Source of the DNA: an uncultured Acidimicrobiia bacterium
Lineage (GTDB): Bacteria > Actinomycetota > Acidimicrobiia > Spongiisociales > Spongiisociaceae
Reading direction: 5' to 3'
DNA length: 58,838 bases
Assembly (NCBI GenBank): GCA_964516495.1
Contig: CAZEZF010000006.1
Span: forward strand, 1 to 58,838
The stretch's first letter is position 1; each line of letters begins with the position of its first letter. Below the pieces are notes generated by a model. That model was not told the DNA's origin, did no database searches, and was given only the letters and a program-made list of their open reading frames with translations. Below, piece by piece: positions 37,531 to 46,655 of the stretch. The translations under genes were made by a program, and so were the position numbers.

Positions 37531-38619
37531 ATGAACCGATTATCCACCAAGACGACTTTGATCGGCGCATTGCTGACGTTGGCGCTCGTGGCGTCCGCAT
37601 GCCAGGGGGACGAGTCCCCCGATGTTGCATCCGGCGGCTGTGCTGTTGATGGAGGTCTCAGGGAGACTACCTTCCTGCTGCCGTTCCCATTCGCAACCCC
37701 GTTCTATTCGATCTTCGTTGCCGAATCCCTCGGCTATTACGAAGCGGAAGGCCTTCAGGTCAATATCGAGTTTGCCGACGGCAGCGCGTCGGTTGTGCAG
37801 CAGGTGGTGGCCAACAATGTGGAGTTCGGTCTTTCCGATCCGGGCCCGATCGTTGACGCCGAAGCGCTTGGTGAGGATCTGGCGGTGGTCTTTGTTCTGC
37901 AGAACCGCCTGATCTACGCGCTCGTGACCCCGGCTGGTTCTCCTTATACCACCATCGAGTCCTTGGCCGGCCACACTTTGGGTGTATCCGAGGCGACCGC
38001 CGGTGAGGTTCCCTTCTTCGAGAGCCTCCTGGCGTCCAGGGGTATCGACCCGGAGACCGACGTTGAGATCATCGAGACCGGCGCCGGCGGTACTACTGCG
38101 GCGGCCTTCCAGAGCGACCGTATCTCCGCCTACTTCTCCGACTACTTCAACGTCATCGAACTCGGTTTCGAGATCGAATTGAACGAGTTCGACCTCGGGG
38201 AGTTCGGACTGCTCAACGGGGCCAGCATCGTGGTCCAGCAATCGTTGATCGACGAGGATCCGGACCTCATCGTCTGTCTCCTGAGGCCGATAGCCCGGGC
38301 AGCCGAGTACACGCACGCCGATCCGAGGGCCGGTATAGATGCGATAGCCGCTTCCCGACCCGACCAGATATCGGATCCGGATGGCTTTGACAGGCTCGCG
38401 GTCGACGAGAGCATCAAGCGCCAACTGCCTTACGAAGACTCTGGGAACATGATCGGGTGGAACCGCCCTGCTTCATGGGAGGCCTACATCGACCTCCTGG
38501 CTTCGAGAGGGACTCTGGGCGGGGATTTCGATCCCGAATCCGTATACACCAACGAGTTCATCGAGGTAATAAACGACTTCGACAAACAGGCGGAGCGCGA
38601 CGCCGCTACCTCCGCGTAG
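37531..38619 (+). CDS. ABC transporter substrate-binding lipoprotein (NMT1/THI5-like)
   Basis: Signal peptide with lipobox LTLALVASAC. Similar to the SBP at 16089-17162 (for example GLGYYEEEGL vs SLGYYEAEGL). AGGGAGG lies upstream of the ATG. Confidence 0.8.
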   Translation: MNRLSTKTTLIGALLTLALVASACQGDESPDVASGGCAVDGGLRETTFLLPFPFATPFYSIFVAESLGYYEAEGLQVNIEFADGSASVVQQVVANNVEFGLSDPGPIVDAEALGEDLAVVFVLQNRLIYALVTPAGSPYTTIESLAGHTLGVSEATAGEVPFFESLLASRGIDPETDVEIIETGAGGTTAAAFQSDRISAYFSDYFNVIELGFEIELNEFDLGEFGLLNGASIVVQQSLIDEDPDLIVCLLRPIARAAEYTHADPRAGIDAIAASRPDQISDPDGFDRLAVDESIKRQLPYEDSGNMIGWNRPASWEAYIDLLASRGTLGGDFDPESVYTNEFIEVINDFDKQAERDAATSA

Positions 38620-38646
38620 CAAGGTCAAACTTCGCCAGTCCCCAGG

Positions 38647-38675
38647 AAGGGGGCCGCCGGATCGGTGGCCCCCTT
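38647..38675 (+). terminator. GC-rich hairpin downstream of the SBP gene (terminator-like, no clear U tract)
   Basis: AAGGGGGCC-gccggatcggt-GGCCCCCTT gives 9 perfect base pairs, extendable with inner pairs. It starts 28 nt after the stop codon and is followed by CGTATTG. Confidence 0.45.
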
Positions 38676-38851
38676 CGTATTGAACTGGTCGTGGTGACGG
38701 AGCGGGGGATTCACTGTGTCCGGTTCAACTCGGGTCTTTGATGTAATTGCCGGCTTCGTTCAATGACCAATCGTGGTCGGCGCTGATTACCTGTCCCGAG
38801 GCCCGCGAAAAAATCGCGAAAACAACCCTCCCGGTTTTGTTGACTCCCTTA

Positions 38852-39054
38852 GCCCCAATTTTTAACGCAGGGGTTTGAATCGGTAACCGAGCGAGATGCA
38901 AAGAACTCTCTGACCTGGGACGATAGCTGTTTGGTGGCCTCTACTGGCCGGGGTATTACCTTTCATCCGAAGGTGAACGCCGGGGACGCCCCATGAAAGT
39001 GGACTTGACGCGCCCTTTCAAGGTTCGGTGTGTCTGGGGCAAGTGAATCCGGGC
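38852..39054 (+). mobile_element. MITE-like element family 1, copy C6 (full length, 203 bp)
   Basis: TA|GCCCCAATTTTTAACGCAGGGG ... TCTGGGGCAAGTGAATCCGGGC|TA. Confidence 0.9.
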
Positions 39055-39056
39055 TA

Positions 39057-39130
39057 GGAGGGTGCTGAAAAGGACACCAGGGAGTTCACCATCGGACATC
39101 GGCCATGCCGGGGGTTTCTCAGCACCCTCC
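39057..39130. repeat. Short inverted-repeat element family 2, copy B (74 bp)
   Basis: GGAGGGTGCTGAAAA ... TTTCTCAGCACCCTCC. Its reverse complement aligns with 28123-28222. Its left TA (39055-56) is the same TA that flanks MITE copy C6. Confidence 0.75.
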
Positions 39131-39168
39131 TGGAGAAAACCGAACAGAGACTCAAAGATACTGATGGC

Positions 39169-39963
39169 TTACTGGAGGCGTTGCATCCTCGTGGTGGCCG
39201 ACCAGAACACGATCTTACGTTCCGCATAGGCGATCAAGGAGTACAACATAAAGGCCAGGGCCGAGACGACCACCAGAAATGCGAACAGCCGGGCGGTTTC
39301 CAAGCGGGCCGCCGCGAACTCGATCTGGAACCCCAGGCCGTCTTGCGCGCCTGCGAACTCGCCGATCACGGCCCCGATGGCCGCGAATGCCATGGCGGTC
39401 CGGAGGGAGGCGAAGACGTAGGGAGCGGAACGAGGAAGCTTCAGCCTCCTGAAGGTCTGCCAGCGGGAAGCCCGGATCGACGACATCAGCTCGAGTTCCT
39501 CCTCCTCCATCGAACCGAGCCCGGTCACGGTGTTGACGAACACCGGGAAGAAACAGATCACCGCGGCGATCAGGATCTTGGGCATGGCTCCGAACCCGAA
39601 CCAGATCACGAACAGCGGGGCGATTGCGATCTTAGGTGTCGAGTTGAGGGCGATGGTATAGGGGATCACTATTCGCCGTACGGTGATGAACTCCGCTACC
39701 AGCGAGCCGATTATTACCGCCATCCCCGACCCCAGCAGGAAGCCGAAGATGATCTCGTAGAAGGTGATCCAGGTGTCCTGCCAGTACGCCAGATCACCGA
39801 AGAGGTTGGTCAGTACAAACCAGAGGGAAGCAAGGATCGACGTAGGCGCCGGAAGGACGAGCGGGTTCACTCCGCCGCTGCGCGATACATACTCCCACAC
39901 GCCCATTATGAGGATGAGCGAGGCCAGGAAGGTGACGGCTGCCTTGACGCTGTCGTTCATCAT
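39169..39963 (-). CDS. ABC transporter permease (NitT/TauT-type)
   Basis: Six-helix hydrophobic protein with SIRASRWQTFRRLKLP, matching the loop of the permease at 15059-15916. ATGA overlap with the upstream ATPase gene. Confidence 0.85.
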   Translation of the reverse strand: MMNDSVKAAVTFLASLILIMGVWEYVSRSGGVNPLVLPAPTSILASLWFVLTNLFGDLAYWQDTWITFYEIIFGFLLGSGMAVIIGSLVAEFITVRRIVIPYTIALNSTPKIAIAPLFVIWFGFGAMPKILIAAVICFFPVFVNTVTGLGSMEEEELELMSSIRASRWQTFRRLKLPRSAPYVFASLRTAMAFAAIGAVIGEFAGAQDGLGFQIEFAAARLETARLFAFLVVVSALAFMLYSLIAYAERKIVFWSATTRMQRLQ

Positions 39964-40826
39964 TGACGTCCGACCGGATCCCGGTTCACTTCCAGCAAGG
40001 CCCTCGCTTCCCTGATGTAGATGTTGAGTTCGTCTGATGCGAACAACTCCTCGGGTCGGTCTTTGCCGAGAGGAATATCAACGCTGCCGGCGATCCTGCC
40101 CGGACGTGGGGTCATCACGATGACCCGGTCTCCGATGAAAGCCGCCTCCTGGGGGTTATGGGTGACCAGAATGGCGCTGCGGTTCTGCTGGATGATGATG
40201 CGGCGTAGTTCGAGGTCCATGTACTCTCTGGTCATCTCGTCCAGGGCGCCGAACGGTTCATCGAGTAACAGGACCCGCGGTTCTCCCATGAGCATGCGGC
40301 AGATGGCGACCCTCTGTTGCATCCCACCCGACAATTCCCACGGGTAACGCTCCTCGAAACCTTCCAATCCCGCCAGTGCGATCAGTTCGTAGGCTCGGTC
40401 CAGATGATCGGATCGTTTGCCGCCATGGGTACGGACGGGGAGCAGAACGTTGTCCACCACCTTGAGCCATGGGAACAGGACCGGCTTCTGGAACATCATG
40501 CCGGTCAACTCGCTCGGCTCGGTGACCCGAACGCCGTCCACGTATATCCTTCCGTCGGTGGGTGGATAGAGCCCGCCGATCATCTTCAATAGGGTGCTCT
40601 TTCCGCATCCGCTGGGACCGAGGAGGGCAACCACTTCCCCTTGAGCGACCTGCATCGTGATGTCGTCGATGGCGGTCAGGGCTTGGGGCGTGTTCTCGTT
40701 GTATATCTTGGTGGCCCGGTCGACGCGAACCGCCGGGTGGGCGGTCGCGTCCGGAACCTTCGGTCCGGAATCGTTCAGGGCGGTTGAACGCCTACGCAGG
40801 GGTGATCGAGCCATCTTGATGGTCAT
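39960..40826 (-). CDS. ABC transporter ATP-binding protein (NitT/TauT-type)
   Basis: Walker A GPSGCGKST, signature LSGGMQQRVAI, Walker B VLLLDEPF. Confidence 0.9.
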   Translation of the reverse strand: MTIKMARSPLRRRSTALNDSGPKVPDATAHPAVRVDRATKIYNENTPQALTAIDDITMQVAQGEVVALLGPSGCGKSTLLKMIGGLYPPTDGRIYVDGVRVTEPSELTGMMFQKPVLFPWLKVVDNVLLPVRTHGGKRSDHLDRAYELIALAGLEGFEERYPWELSGGMQQRVAICRMLMGEPRVLLLDEPFGALDEMTREYMDLELRRIIIQQNRSAILVTHNPQEAAFIGDRVIVMTPRPGRIAGSVDIPLGKDRPEELFASDELNIYIREARALLEVNRDPVGRQ

Positions 40827-40898
40827 ACAGGGTAATACAACCGTGACGCTCCCCTCTCGTTTCGGCAGGGAACGTGTTGCTTACGGCTGAGAAGATGT

Positions 40899-41729
40899 TC
40901 AGAAAGCCTCGACGATTTCCTCCACCGAGAGGTGGTCGCCCACGTCAAAGAAGGCAATGATCCGGCACGGGCAGGCCTCTCCTCCTTCGAATTTCCACGG
41001 GAAGGCGCCGATGATGCAGCGTTTGTTCAGGGCCTTGTCGATGTTCCCTCCCACGTTCTCGGCATGGATGCACCCGTCCGGAAAGGCCAGGTAGTGCATC
41101 GGGAAAAGGTCTTCGGTTATGGTCCGTCCGCTCTTGTGATGGGTGTAGGTGTACTCCCCGAAGTATTCGAGAACCGACATCCCCACATGATCCTCGAAAC
41201 GCTTGGTGAGGTCGGGCCGCATATGCCTGATCGTGGTATTCATGGGGTGGTCACCGGATCCGGCGTCGACCCCCCACCAGCGGATCTCCATGTCGAGCAT
41301 CCAATAGGCCAGTTCCTGGGTACCGCCCGGATGCATGCAGAAGTAGCGGGTCAGGTCCTGTTCCGGCTTGCCCTCGTAGTACCGGTGGTAACCGGTATGG
41401 ATGATCAGGATATCGCCCTTCTTGACCTCTACCTTGGAGGTAATGTGGTCGGGAGTGATGATGCTCCAGTCGCTGACCTCGTCGGAAACATCCACGATGA
41501 CACCCTCGTGTACCAGTTTGTCCAGCGGCAGGGAAGCCATGTCTCCGGCGCCGTCCGCCATGTGCATGGGACCGTCGAGGTGGGTTCCCACATGGAGCGA
41601 CGTTTCGAATCGTTGTGACACCACCCGGTTGGTCTGGAGCGTCTGGGTGTAATACATCTTGGAGCCGGGATACCCTACCCATCCCGGCGTATGGAGGTTG
41701 ATGGGGTGAGATAGGTCGACGATCTTCAT
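40899..41729 (-). CDS. Cyclase family protein (arylformamidase/kynurenine formamidase-like fold)
   Basis: SLHVGTHLDGPMH fits the HxGTHxDxPxH motif of the putative cyclase family. About 276 aa. Confidence 0.75.
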   Translation of the reverse strand: MKIVDLSHPINLHTPGWVGYPGSKMYYTQTLQTNRVVSQRFETSLHVGTHLDGPMHMADGAGDMASLPLDKLVHEGVIVDVSDEVSDWSIITPDHITSKVEVKKGDILIIHTGYHRYYEGKPEQDLTRYFCMHPGGTQELAYWMLDMEIRWWGVDAGSGDHPMNTTIRHMRPDLTKRFEDHVGMSVLEYFGEYTYTHHKSGRTITEDLFPMHYLAFPDGCIHAENVGGNIDKALNKRCIIGAFPWKFEGGEACPCRIIAFFDVGDHLSVEEIVEAF

Positions 41730-41796
41730 CCTGGATACCTCCGTTAGTTCTGGACGATGGAATGGTAGAGGGTCGAGTCCGATCTGTCAGAAGGAC

Positions 41797-42651
41797 TCAA
41801 TAGCTTTGTCCATCCGACCAGATACCGTAGACATCGGTGCGCCGGTCGGCCCGGGGAGCGATCAACTCACCCCGCACCTGAGCTCGCTTGGCGGCGCCGA
41901 TGTCAACCTCGGTGACGGTGATCTTGTCGGTGGAGCCCGGCAACGGTCCCGACAGCAGCTTCCCGTAAGGATCCACGAGGATCGATGAACCCAGGAAGTC
42001 GAGTCCACCATGCAATCCTGCCTGCGATGCGCAGGCGATATATACCTGGTTGAGGTTTGCCTGCAAGACCGCACCCCGGCCTTGGGGACACATTCCGTCC
42101 TTATCCCAACGTTCCTGATCGAAACCGGGCAACCAGGCGGTGGGAACGCAGATCAGGTCGGCGCCCTTCAGGGCCAGCAACCGCGCCACTTCTATGAAGC
42201 GCAGGTCATAGCACACACAAAGACCGATAGTTCCGAACCGGGTATGCGCCACCGGGAAGCCGAGGTCACCGTTGCGGAACACCACTTTCTCGTCGGCGAA
42301 TAGATGGGTCTTGCGATAGTGCAGGATTACCCCATCCGGGCCGACCGCCACGGCCGAGTTATACATGGCCTCCCCGTCCCGCTCGCAGAACCCGCCCACG
42401 ATGTAACCGTCGGATTCCTTCGCCAGCGCGGTCCACTGCTCTACGGTCGGCCCCTCCAGTGACTCCGATGTATCCCACAACGCCCGCCAGTCGGAGGTGT
42501 AGCCATGAATGATCATCTCGGGCAGGATGACGATATCGGCGCCCTGATCGAATGCCTCGGCGGCCGAACGCCGGCAGAGATCTCGGTTCTCCTCGACTTG
42601 GAAAGGCTCGCCGCTGATCTGCGCCAGCCCTATAGAGACGGTGTTAGCCAC
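41797..42651 (-). CDS. Carbon-nitrogen hydrolase (nitrilase superfamily amidase)
   Basis: Glu-Lys-Cys triad contexts ILPEM, YRKTHLF and GLCVCYDLRF. 284 aa, GTG start. Confidence 0.85.
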   Translation of the reverse strand: MANTVSIGLAQISGEPFQVEENRDLCRRSAAEAFDQGADIVILPEMIIHGYTSDWRALWDTSESLEGPTVEQWTALAKESDGYIVGGFCERDGEAMYNSAVAVGPDGVILHYRKTHLFADEKVVFRNGDLGFPVAHTRFGTIGLCVCYDLRFIEVARLLALKGADLICVPTAWLPGFDQERWDKDGMCPQGRGAVLQANLNQVYIACASQAGLHGGLDFLGSSILVDPYGKLLSGPLPGSTDKITVTEVDIGAAKRAQVRGELIAPRADRRTDVYGIWSDGQSY

Positions 42652-42656
42652 GGTTA

Positions 42657-43481
42657 CTACCCTCCGTTGTCGCTATCTGGTATCAGGCCGGCCACGCGCA
42701 GCATATTCCAATCCGCCGGGCAGGGTCCGCCGACGCTCTCGATGTGGTCATTGCGGTCACCCGAAACCGCATGCCACACCCCGACCGGCACATGAATGAC
42801 CTCACCGGCCTGGAACTCCAGCCGTAGTCCGTTGGTTATGTCATCGATACTGCCCTTGCCGTCGAGAACATAGATCGTGTCCTCGGACTCCACATGCACA
42901 TGCTCGATGTTGCGTTCACCCGGTTGCATATCCACATAGTTCATGTTGGCGCTGTAAGCCTCCACACCAGGCCAGACGACCAGACGGGCGTCCTCGGCGA
43001 TCATGGGAACGATGGCGGTGGGGCGATCACGATGGAACGAACGGATTCCTCCCGGTGGCTGCCTGTCAGGCCGGGAGTCCGGCTCGGGGACTTCGAAGCT
43101 TCCCAGATGGGTGTACATCGTCGGGTCGGCCGGGCATGGACCGCCCACTATCTCGGCGCCGGTCTCCCCGGTTTCCAACCAATAGGGCGTCCCCGGGCTG
43201 ATGTGGGTCATGGCGCCGGTGGTGAGGATTTGTTGATCGTCGGATGTACCGCGCACCGTCGCGGTACCCGACATTATGTAGTACACCGCCTCGGTAGGAT
43301 GCTCCAGAGTGACGGTACGGCCTCCCGGCAAGAGCGATATGCGGTGCATCGACCTCAGGTAGGCGTCTACACCGGGCCATACCACGGCCCACGCCCGGCC
43401 GCCTTTTTCTTTGACTATCGGAAGCTCCGGACAGTTCTCGTCGTCTGCCAGAATACGGATTCGGTCGGGTTCAGATTGCAT
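42657..43481 (-). CDS. Bicupin domain protein
   Basis: Two cupin beta-barrel modules (PGGRTVTLEHPTEAVYYIMSGTATV and PGERNIEHVHVESEDTIYVLDGKGSI). Start placed at the internal ATG (MQSEPD), because the 43628 start would abut the divergent gene start and add a low-complexity N-terminus. Confidence 0.7.
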   Translation of the reverse strand: MQSEPDRIRILADDENCPELPIVKEKGGRAWAVVWPGVDAYLRSMHRISLLPGGRTVTLEHPTEAVYYIMSGTATVRGTSDDQQILTTGAMTHISPGTPYWLETGETGAEIVGGPCPADPTMYTHLGSFEVPEPDSRPDRQPPGGIRSFHRDRPTAIVPMIAEDARLVVWPGVEAYSANMNYVDMQPGERNIEHVHVESEDTIYVLDGKGSIDDITNGLRLEFQAGEVIHVPVGVWHAVSGDRNDHIESVGGPCPADWNMLRVAGLIPDSDNGG

Positions 43482-43626
43482 TTGCTCGCTTTGGTCCGTG
43501 CATCTGCGCAAGTCTACACCCGGAGGCGTCGCCTGTGTCCTGATCCCGCTGTGACTGATCCCGATACCGGGTCCGCTACGGTGCGGTGTCGAAACACGAA
43601 TTGCTGCGGTACCTGGAGGTCTCGAC

Positions 43627-44148
43627 ATGGCGAGGATTGAACTGATTTCCGGTCGGGAGGGGCTCTCACCCGACCAGGAGGGACTATACGATTGGATAAT
43701 CGAGAGCCGCGGTTCCCTTGTCCGGCCCTTCCAAGTGCTGCTGCATGCACCAGGTCAGGCGGATCACCTGGCTCGGCTCGGCCACCAGGTGAGGTTCGAG
43801 TCGGTGCTGGACGGCGCCGACCGCGAGTTTGCCATCCTGACGACCGGCCTTGCGCACGGTTGTCGGTACGTTTGGGATACCCATTTCGACATAGCAGTCC
43901 GAGAAGGAGTCAGAGCAGAGGCGCTCGCCTTCCTGGAAGGGGGGGAAGGGGATGCGGAAGCACTACAAGAACGGGAGGCGGCCATCCTGGAGATGGTTCG
44001 CGAGTTGTGTTTCCGGTCTTCGGTGTCCACGCCGGTATTTGACCGTGTGGTATCCGAACTAGGTACTGACGGGGTAGTGGAGCTAGCCGTACTGGTCGGC
44101 TACTACACCCTGCTGGGGTTTACCATGGCAACCTTCGACGTTTGTTGA
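43627..44148 (+). CDS. Carboxymuconolactone decarboxylase/AhpD-like family protein
   Basis: 173-aa all-helical protein whose size and pattern (FAILTTGLAHGCRYVWDTH) are typical of the CMD family. Assignment is by eye only. Confidence 0.6.
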   Translation: MARIELISGREGLSPDQEGLYDWIIESRGSLVRPFQVLLHAPGQADHLARLGHQVRFESVLDGADREFAILTTGLAHGCRYVWDTHFDIAVREGVRAEALAFLEGGEGDAEALQEREAAILEMVRELCFRSSVSTPVFDRVVSELGTDGVVELAVLVGYYTLLGFTMATFDVC

Positions 44149-44216
44149 CGTATGCCCATGGGCGAGCCGACAGGACCCGGTCAACTGCTGTGGAGGCTTG
44201 AAAAGCCTATCCATGT

Positions 44217-45206
44217 ATGCTTCACAATATGAGCACGCCCAAGACGGCGCCCCCGACTGTGATCGATGCCAGAACGGCCGCCGGCGCGGTAGCGGCGACC
44301 GGCGGAGTGTCGGAGATACTCGTTTTCGGGTCCGTTGCGAGAGGGGAAGCAGGACCGGACAGCGACATAGACCTGGTGGCCATCCATGACGACCTCGACT
44401 ACTCGGCCCGCAGCGCCCGATCGGCGCGATTGGGAAGCATCGCCGCCGAAGCGACCGGCCATCGGGTGTTCGTGTATGTGACCGATTGGCCGGAGTGGAT
44501 CCATCGCAGCAGTGAAGTAACCAGTTCGCTCGAACGGGCCATCAGCGCCGAGGCGGTGAGTCTCTACCATCGGGATGCGAGCGGGGTGCGCTGGAGGAAG
44601 GAGATCGGGATGCCCGCCACCGACCGCGACGAAGGCCTCGTCCGCCTTGACAACGCCCTGCGCTCCCTGCTCGCGGTCCAGGGCCACTTGGAAATGAGTC
44701 CCGGGGAAAGGAACGCCTTGGTGGACCGCGATCCCGGTTACTACCTCTTTGCATTGAGGGGTCGGATGGGTACGCTGTGCGCCCATGCTCACATGGCGAT
44801 GGAGACCAGCCTCAAGGCACTCATCCACATAGGGGGAACGCACCCTGCCCGTACCCACGACCTCGGCCGGCTGCTGGGGTCCCTTCCGGTCGGTGAGAGG
44901 GACAGCCTCAGGGAGCATTTCATGGATGTGACTCCCGCAACGGCATCGAGGTGGAGAGAGGCCGGGGCTTACGAGTCTTCGGAGCGGCCTCTCGATGAGA
45001 TGGTGATCCACGCCTACCACATGGTCCGAACCTGCATCAAGCTATCGCGTCATGCAGCCAACCGGTTTGCCGACTCCGAGGCAGCTCGTGTGATGGGAAA
45101 GGTATCCGCCGAAATCGAACGCAAGGTTGATAGTTGGAACCTGGAAGGCGAGGATCCGTACAAGGTGCTCGGTCAATCCCCTCCGCCCGAACTCGGCCCG
45201 CGTTAG
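44217..45206 (+). CDS. Fused nucleotidyltransferase-HEPN domain protein
   Basis: N-terminal NTase motif LVFGSVARGEAGPDSDIDLVAI. C-terminal helical HEPN-like region with METSLKALIHIGGTHPARTHDLGRLL. Confidence 0.75.
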   Translation: MLHNMSTPKTAPPTVIDARTAAGAVAATGGVSEILVFGSVARGEAGPDSDIDLVAIHDDLDYSARSARSARLGSIAAEATGHRVFVYVTDWPEWIHRSSEVTSSLERAISAEAVSLYHRDASGVRWRKEIGMPATDRDEGLVRLDNALRSLLAVQGHLEMSPGERNALVDRDPGYYLFALRGRMGTLCAHAHMAMETSLKALIHIGGTHPARTHDLGRLLGSLPVGERDSLREHFMDVTPATASRWREAGAYESSERPLDEMVIHAYHMVRTCIKLSRHAANRFADSEAARVMGKVSAEIERKVDSWNLEGEDPYKVLGQSPPPELGPR

Positions 45207-45425
45207 GACTCGTTCCCAGCTTGCAAAGTGGATTGGGGACGCGGTACCGATGCCCCTCTGGGTTACGCGGCGTCCCTGGCTGCTCTCGGTCCGGAGATCG
45301 TTTCCGATTGCTCATCATCAGGCTGAGGTGACAGTGAGCGTTACATTTTTCCGAATCCACGACCGAGCGTTCCTACCAACTAGTATCGGGCTGCAAGCTC
45401 AAGCCTGGAGATAGGAGCCCCGCAT

Positions 45426-46589
45426 ATGACCCATGTTCCGGTAACCCACATAACCTCGGACGCCGAGCGCGCCCGACGGTATGCCGCCCTCCGCGAGGCT
45501 ATGGCCGGGGCAGGCATGGACGCGTTCGTCATCTGTAGCCGGGGTGACGAGTTCGTCCGGGGGCGCGTGCAGTATGTGAGCGACATATTCCAGTGGGCAG
45601 GTCGGGGATTCGTGGTCCTTCCCATGGAAGGCGAAGCCACGTTCGTGACCGATCCGTTGTGGGGTACCGGGTATGCGATGCAGGGCAGGTGGCTCAACGA
45701 CTACCGCCAGCCTGACGACGCCGGAACCGAGATAGGCGCCATCCTGTCGGATCACGGACAGGCGTCCGGAACCATCGGCATCGTCGGCTTGGCCGATATC
45801 ACTTCGGTAGCCGACTACAACAGCATGAAGGCGGCGCTACCCGACGCCGATCTCGTCGACGCGACCGACCTGTTCGACGACGTGAGGGCTATCAAGAGCC
45901 AGGAAGAGATAGACGCCACCATCGAAACGGGCAACATTATGCGCCGGGTGTTCAAAGCATTGGAGGCCGAGATCCGGCCCGGTGTGCAGGAGGTCGACGT
46001 GCTGTCCGAAGCGCACCGCCTGTCCCGCCAACTGGGATGCATGGAAGGTATCGCACTCATGGGTCGGGCCCCGTTCCAGTGTTTCGGACCCGGAACCAGG
46101 GGAGTTATCGAGAAGGACGACATCATGGTGATCGACCTCGAGTGGGGCGGTCCGTCGGGCTACTGGGTAGAGGTCCGAAGGGTATACAGCTTCAAACCGC
46201 CGACCGCCGAGCAGAAGGCGTTCTGGGAGATGCGGGTAGAGAGCTTCGAAGCCTGCGTACAGGCGATGAAGGCGGGGGAGTCATCCGATACGGTTCTCGA
46301 CGCCCGCGATCGCGTCTATGACGACTACGGCTACTCGGCGATGGGCGCCAACTCCTATACCGCCCACGGGATCGGAGTCGACTCGTTGGAGCCGCCCTGG
46401 GTGCCGGGGAAAGAGCGAGTCATGGAGGAGAACATGATGATCAACCTCCATCCGGCCATCGGATTCTCCGACCCCGAAGTGGGCGCCGCCCTGGGAGGTA
46501 TCAGCATCGCCGACAACGTGCTGGTAGGACCCGACGGCGGGACCCGGATGGTCGACCAGTCCGACGAATGGATCGTGCTGGACTGCTGA
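45426..46589 (+). CDS. M24 family (creatinase/Xaa-Pro peptidase fold) hydrolase, non-canonical metal site
   Basis: Creatinase_N-like N-terminus plus a pita-bread C-terminal domain (MVIDLEWGGPSGYWVEVRR, AHGIGVDSLEPP, MMINLHPA, GISIADN). Close paralogue of 56388-57554. Confidence 0.8.
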   Translation: MTHVPVTHITSDAERARRYAALREAMAGAGMDAFVICSRGDEFVRGRVQYVSDIFQWAGRGFVVLPMEGEATFVTDPLWGTGYAMQGRWLNDYRQPDDAGTEIGAILSDHGQASGTIGIVGLADITSVADYNSMKAALPDADLVDATDLFDDVRAIKSQEEIDATIETGNIMRRVFKALEAEIRPGVQEVDVLSEAHRLSRQLGCMEGIALMGRAPFQCFGPGTRGVIEKDDIMVIDLEWGGPSGYWVEVRRVYSFKPPTAEQKAFWEMRVESFEACVQAMKAGESSDTVLDARDRVYDDYGYSAMGANSYTAHGIGVDSLEPPWVPGKERVMEENMMINLHPAIGFSDPEVGAALGGISIADNVLVGPDGGTRMVDQSDEWIVLDC

Positions 46590-46618
46590 TCTCAGGAGCT
46601 TCGGACCGCAACGAGATA

Positions 46619-46651
46619 GGGGAGAGCCGGTTTCGGTGTCCGGTTCTCCCC
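46619..46651 (+). terminator. Strong hairpin downstream of the M24 gene (terminator-like)
   Basis: GGGGAGAGCCGG-tttcggtgt-CCGGTTCTCCCC gives 12 bp with one G-U pair, followed by TTGAT. It starts 30 nt after the stop and ends just before MITE copy C8. Confidence 0.5.
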
Positions 46652-46655
46652 TTGA

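Noticed and set aside
43482-43628. Long N-terminal extension of the bicupin ORF (start at 43628).
   Set aside because: The extension is Pro/Gly/Arg-rich. It would place the start codon directly against the divergent gene start at 43627 and leave no promoter space. The internal ATG at 43481 gives a normal bicupin length.
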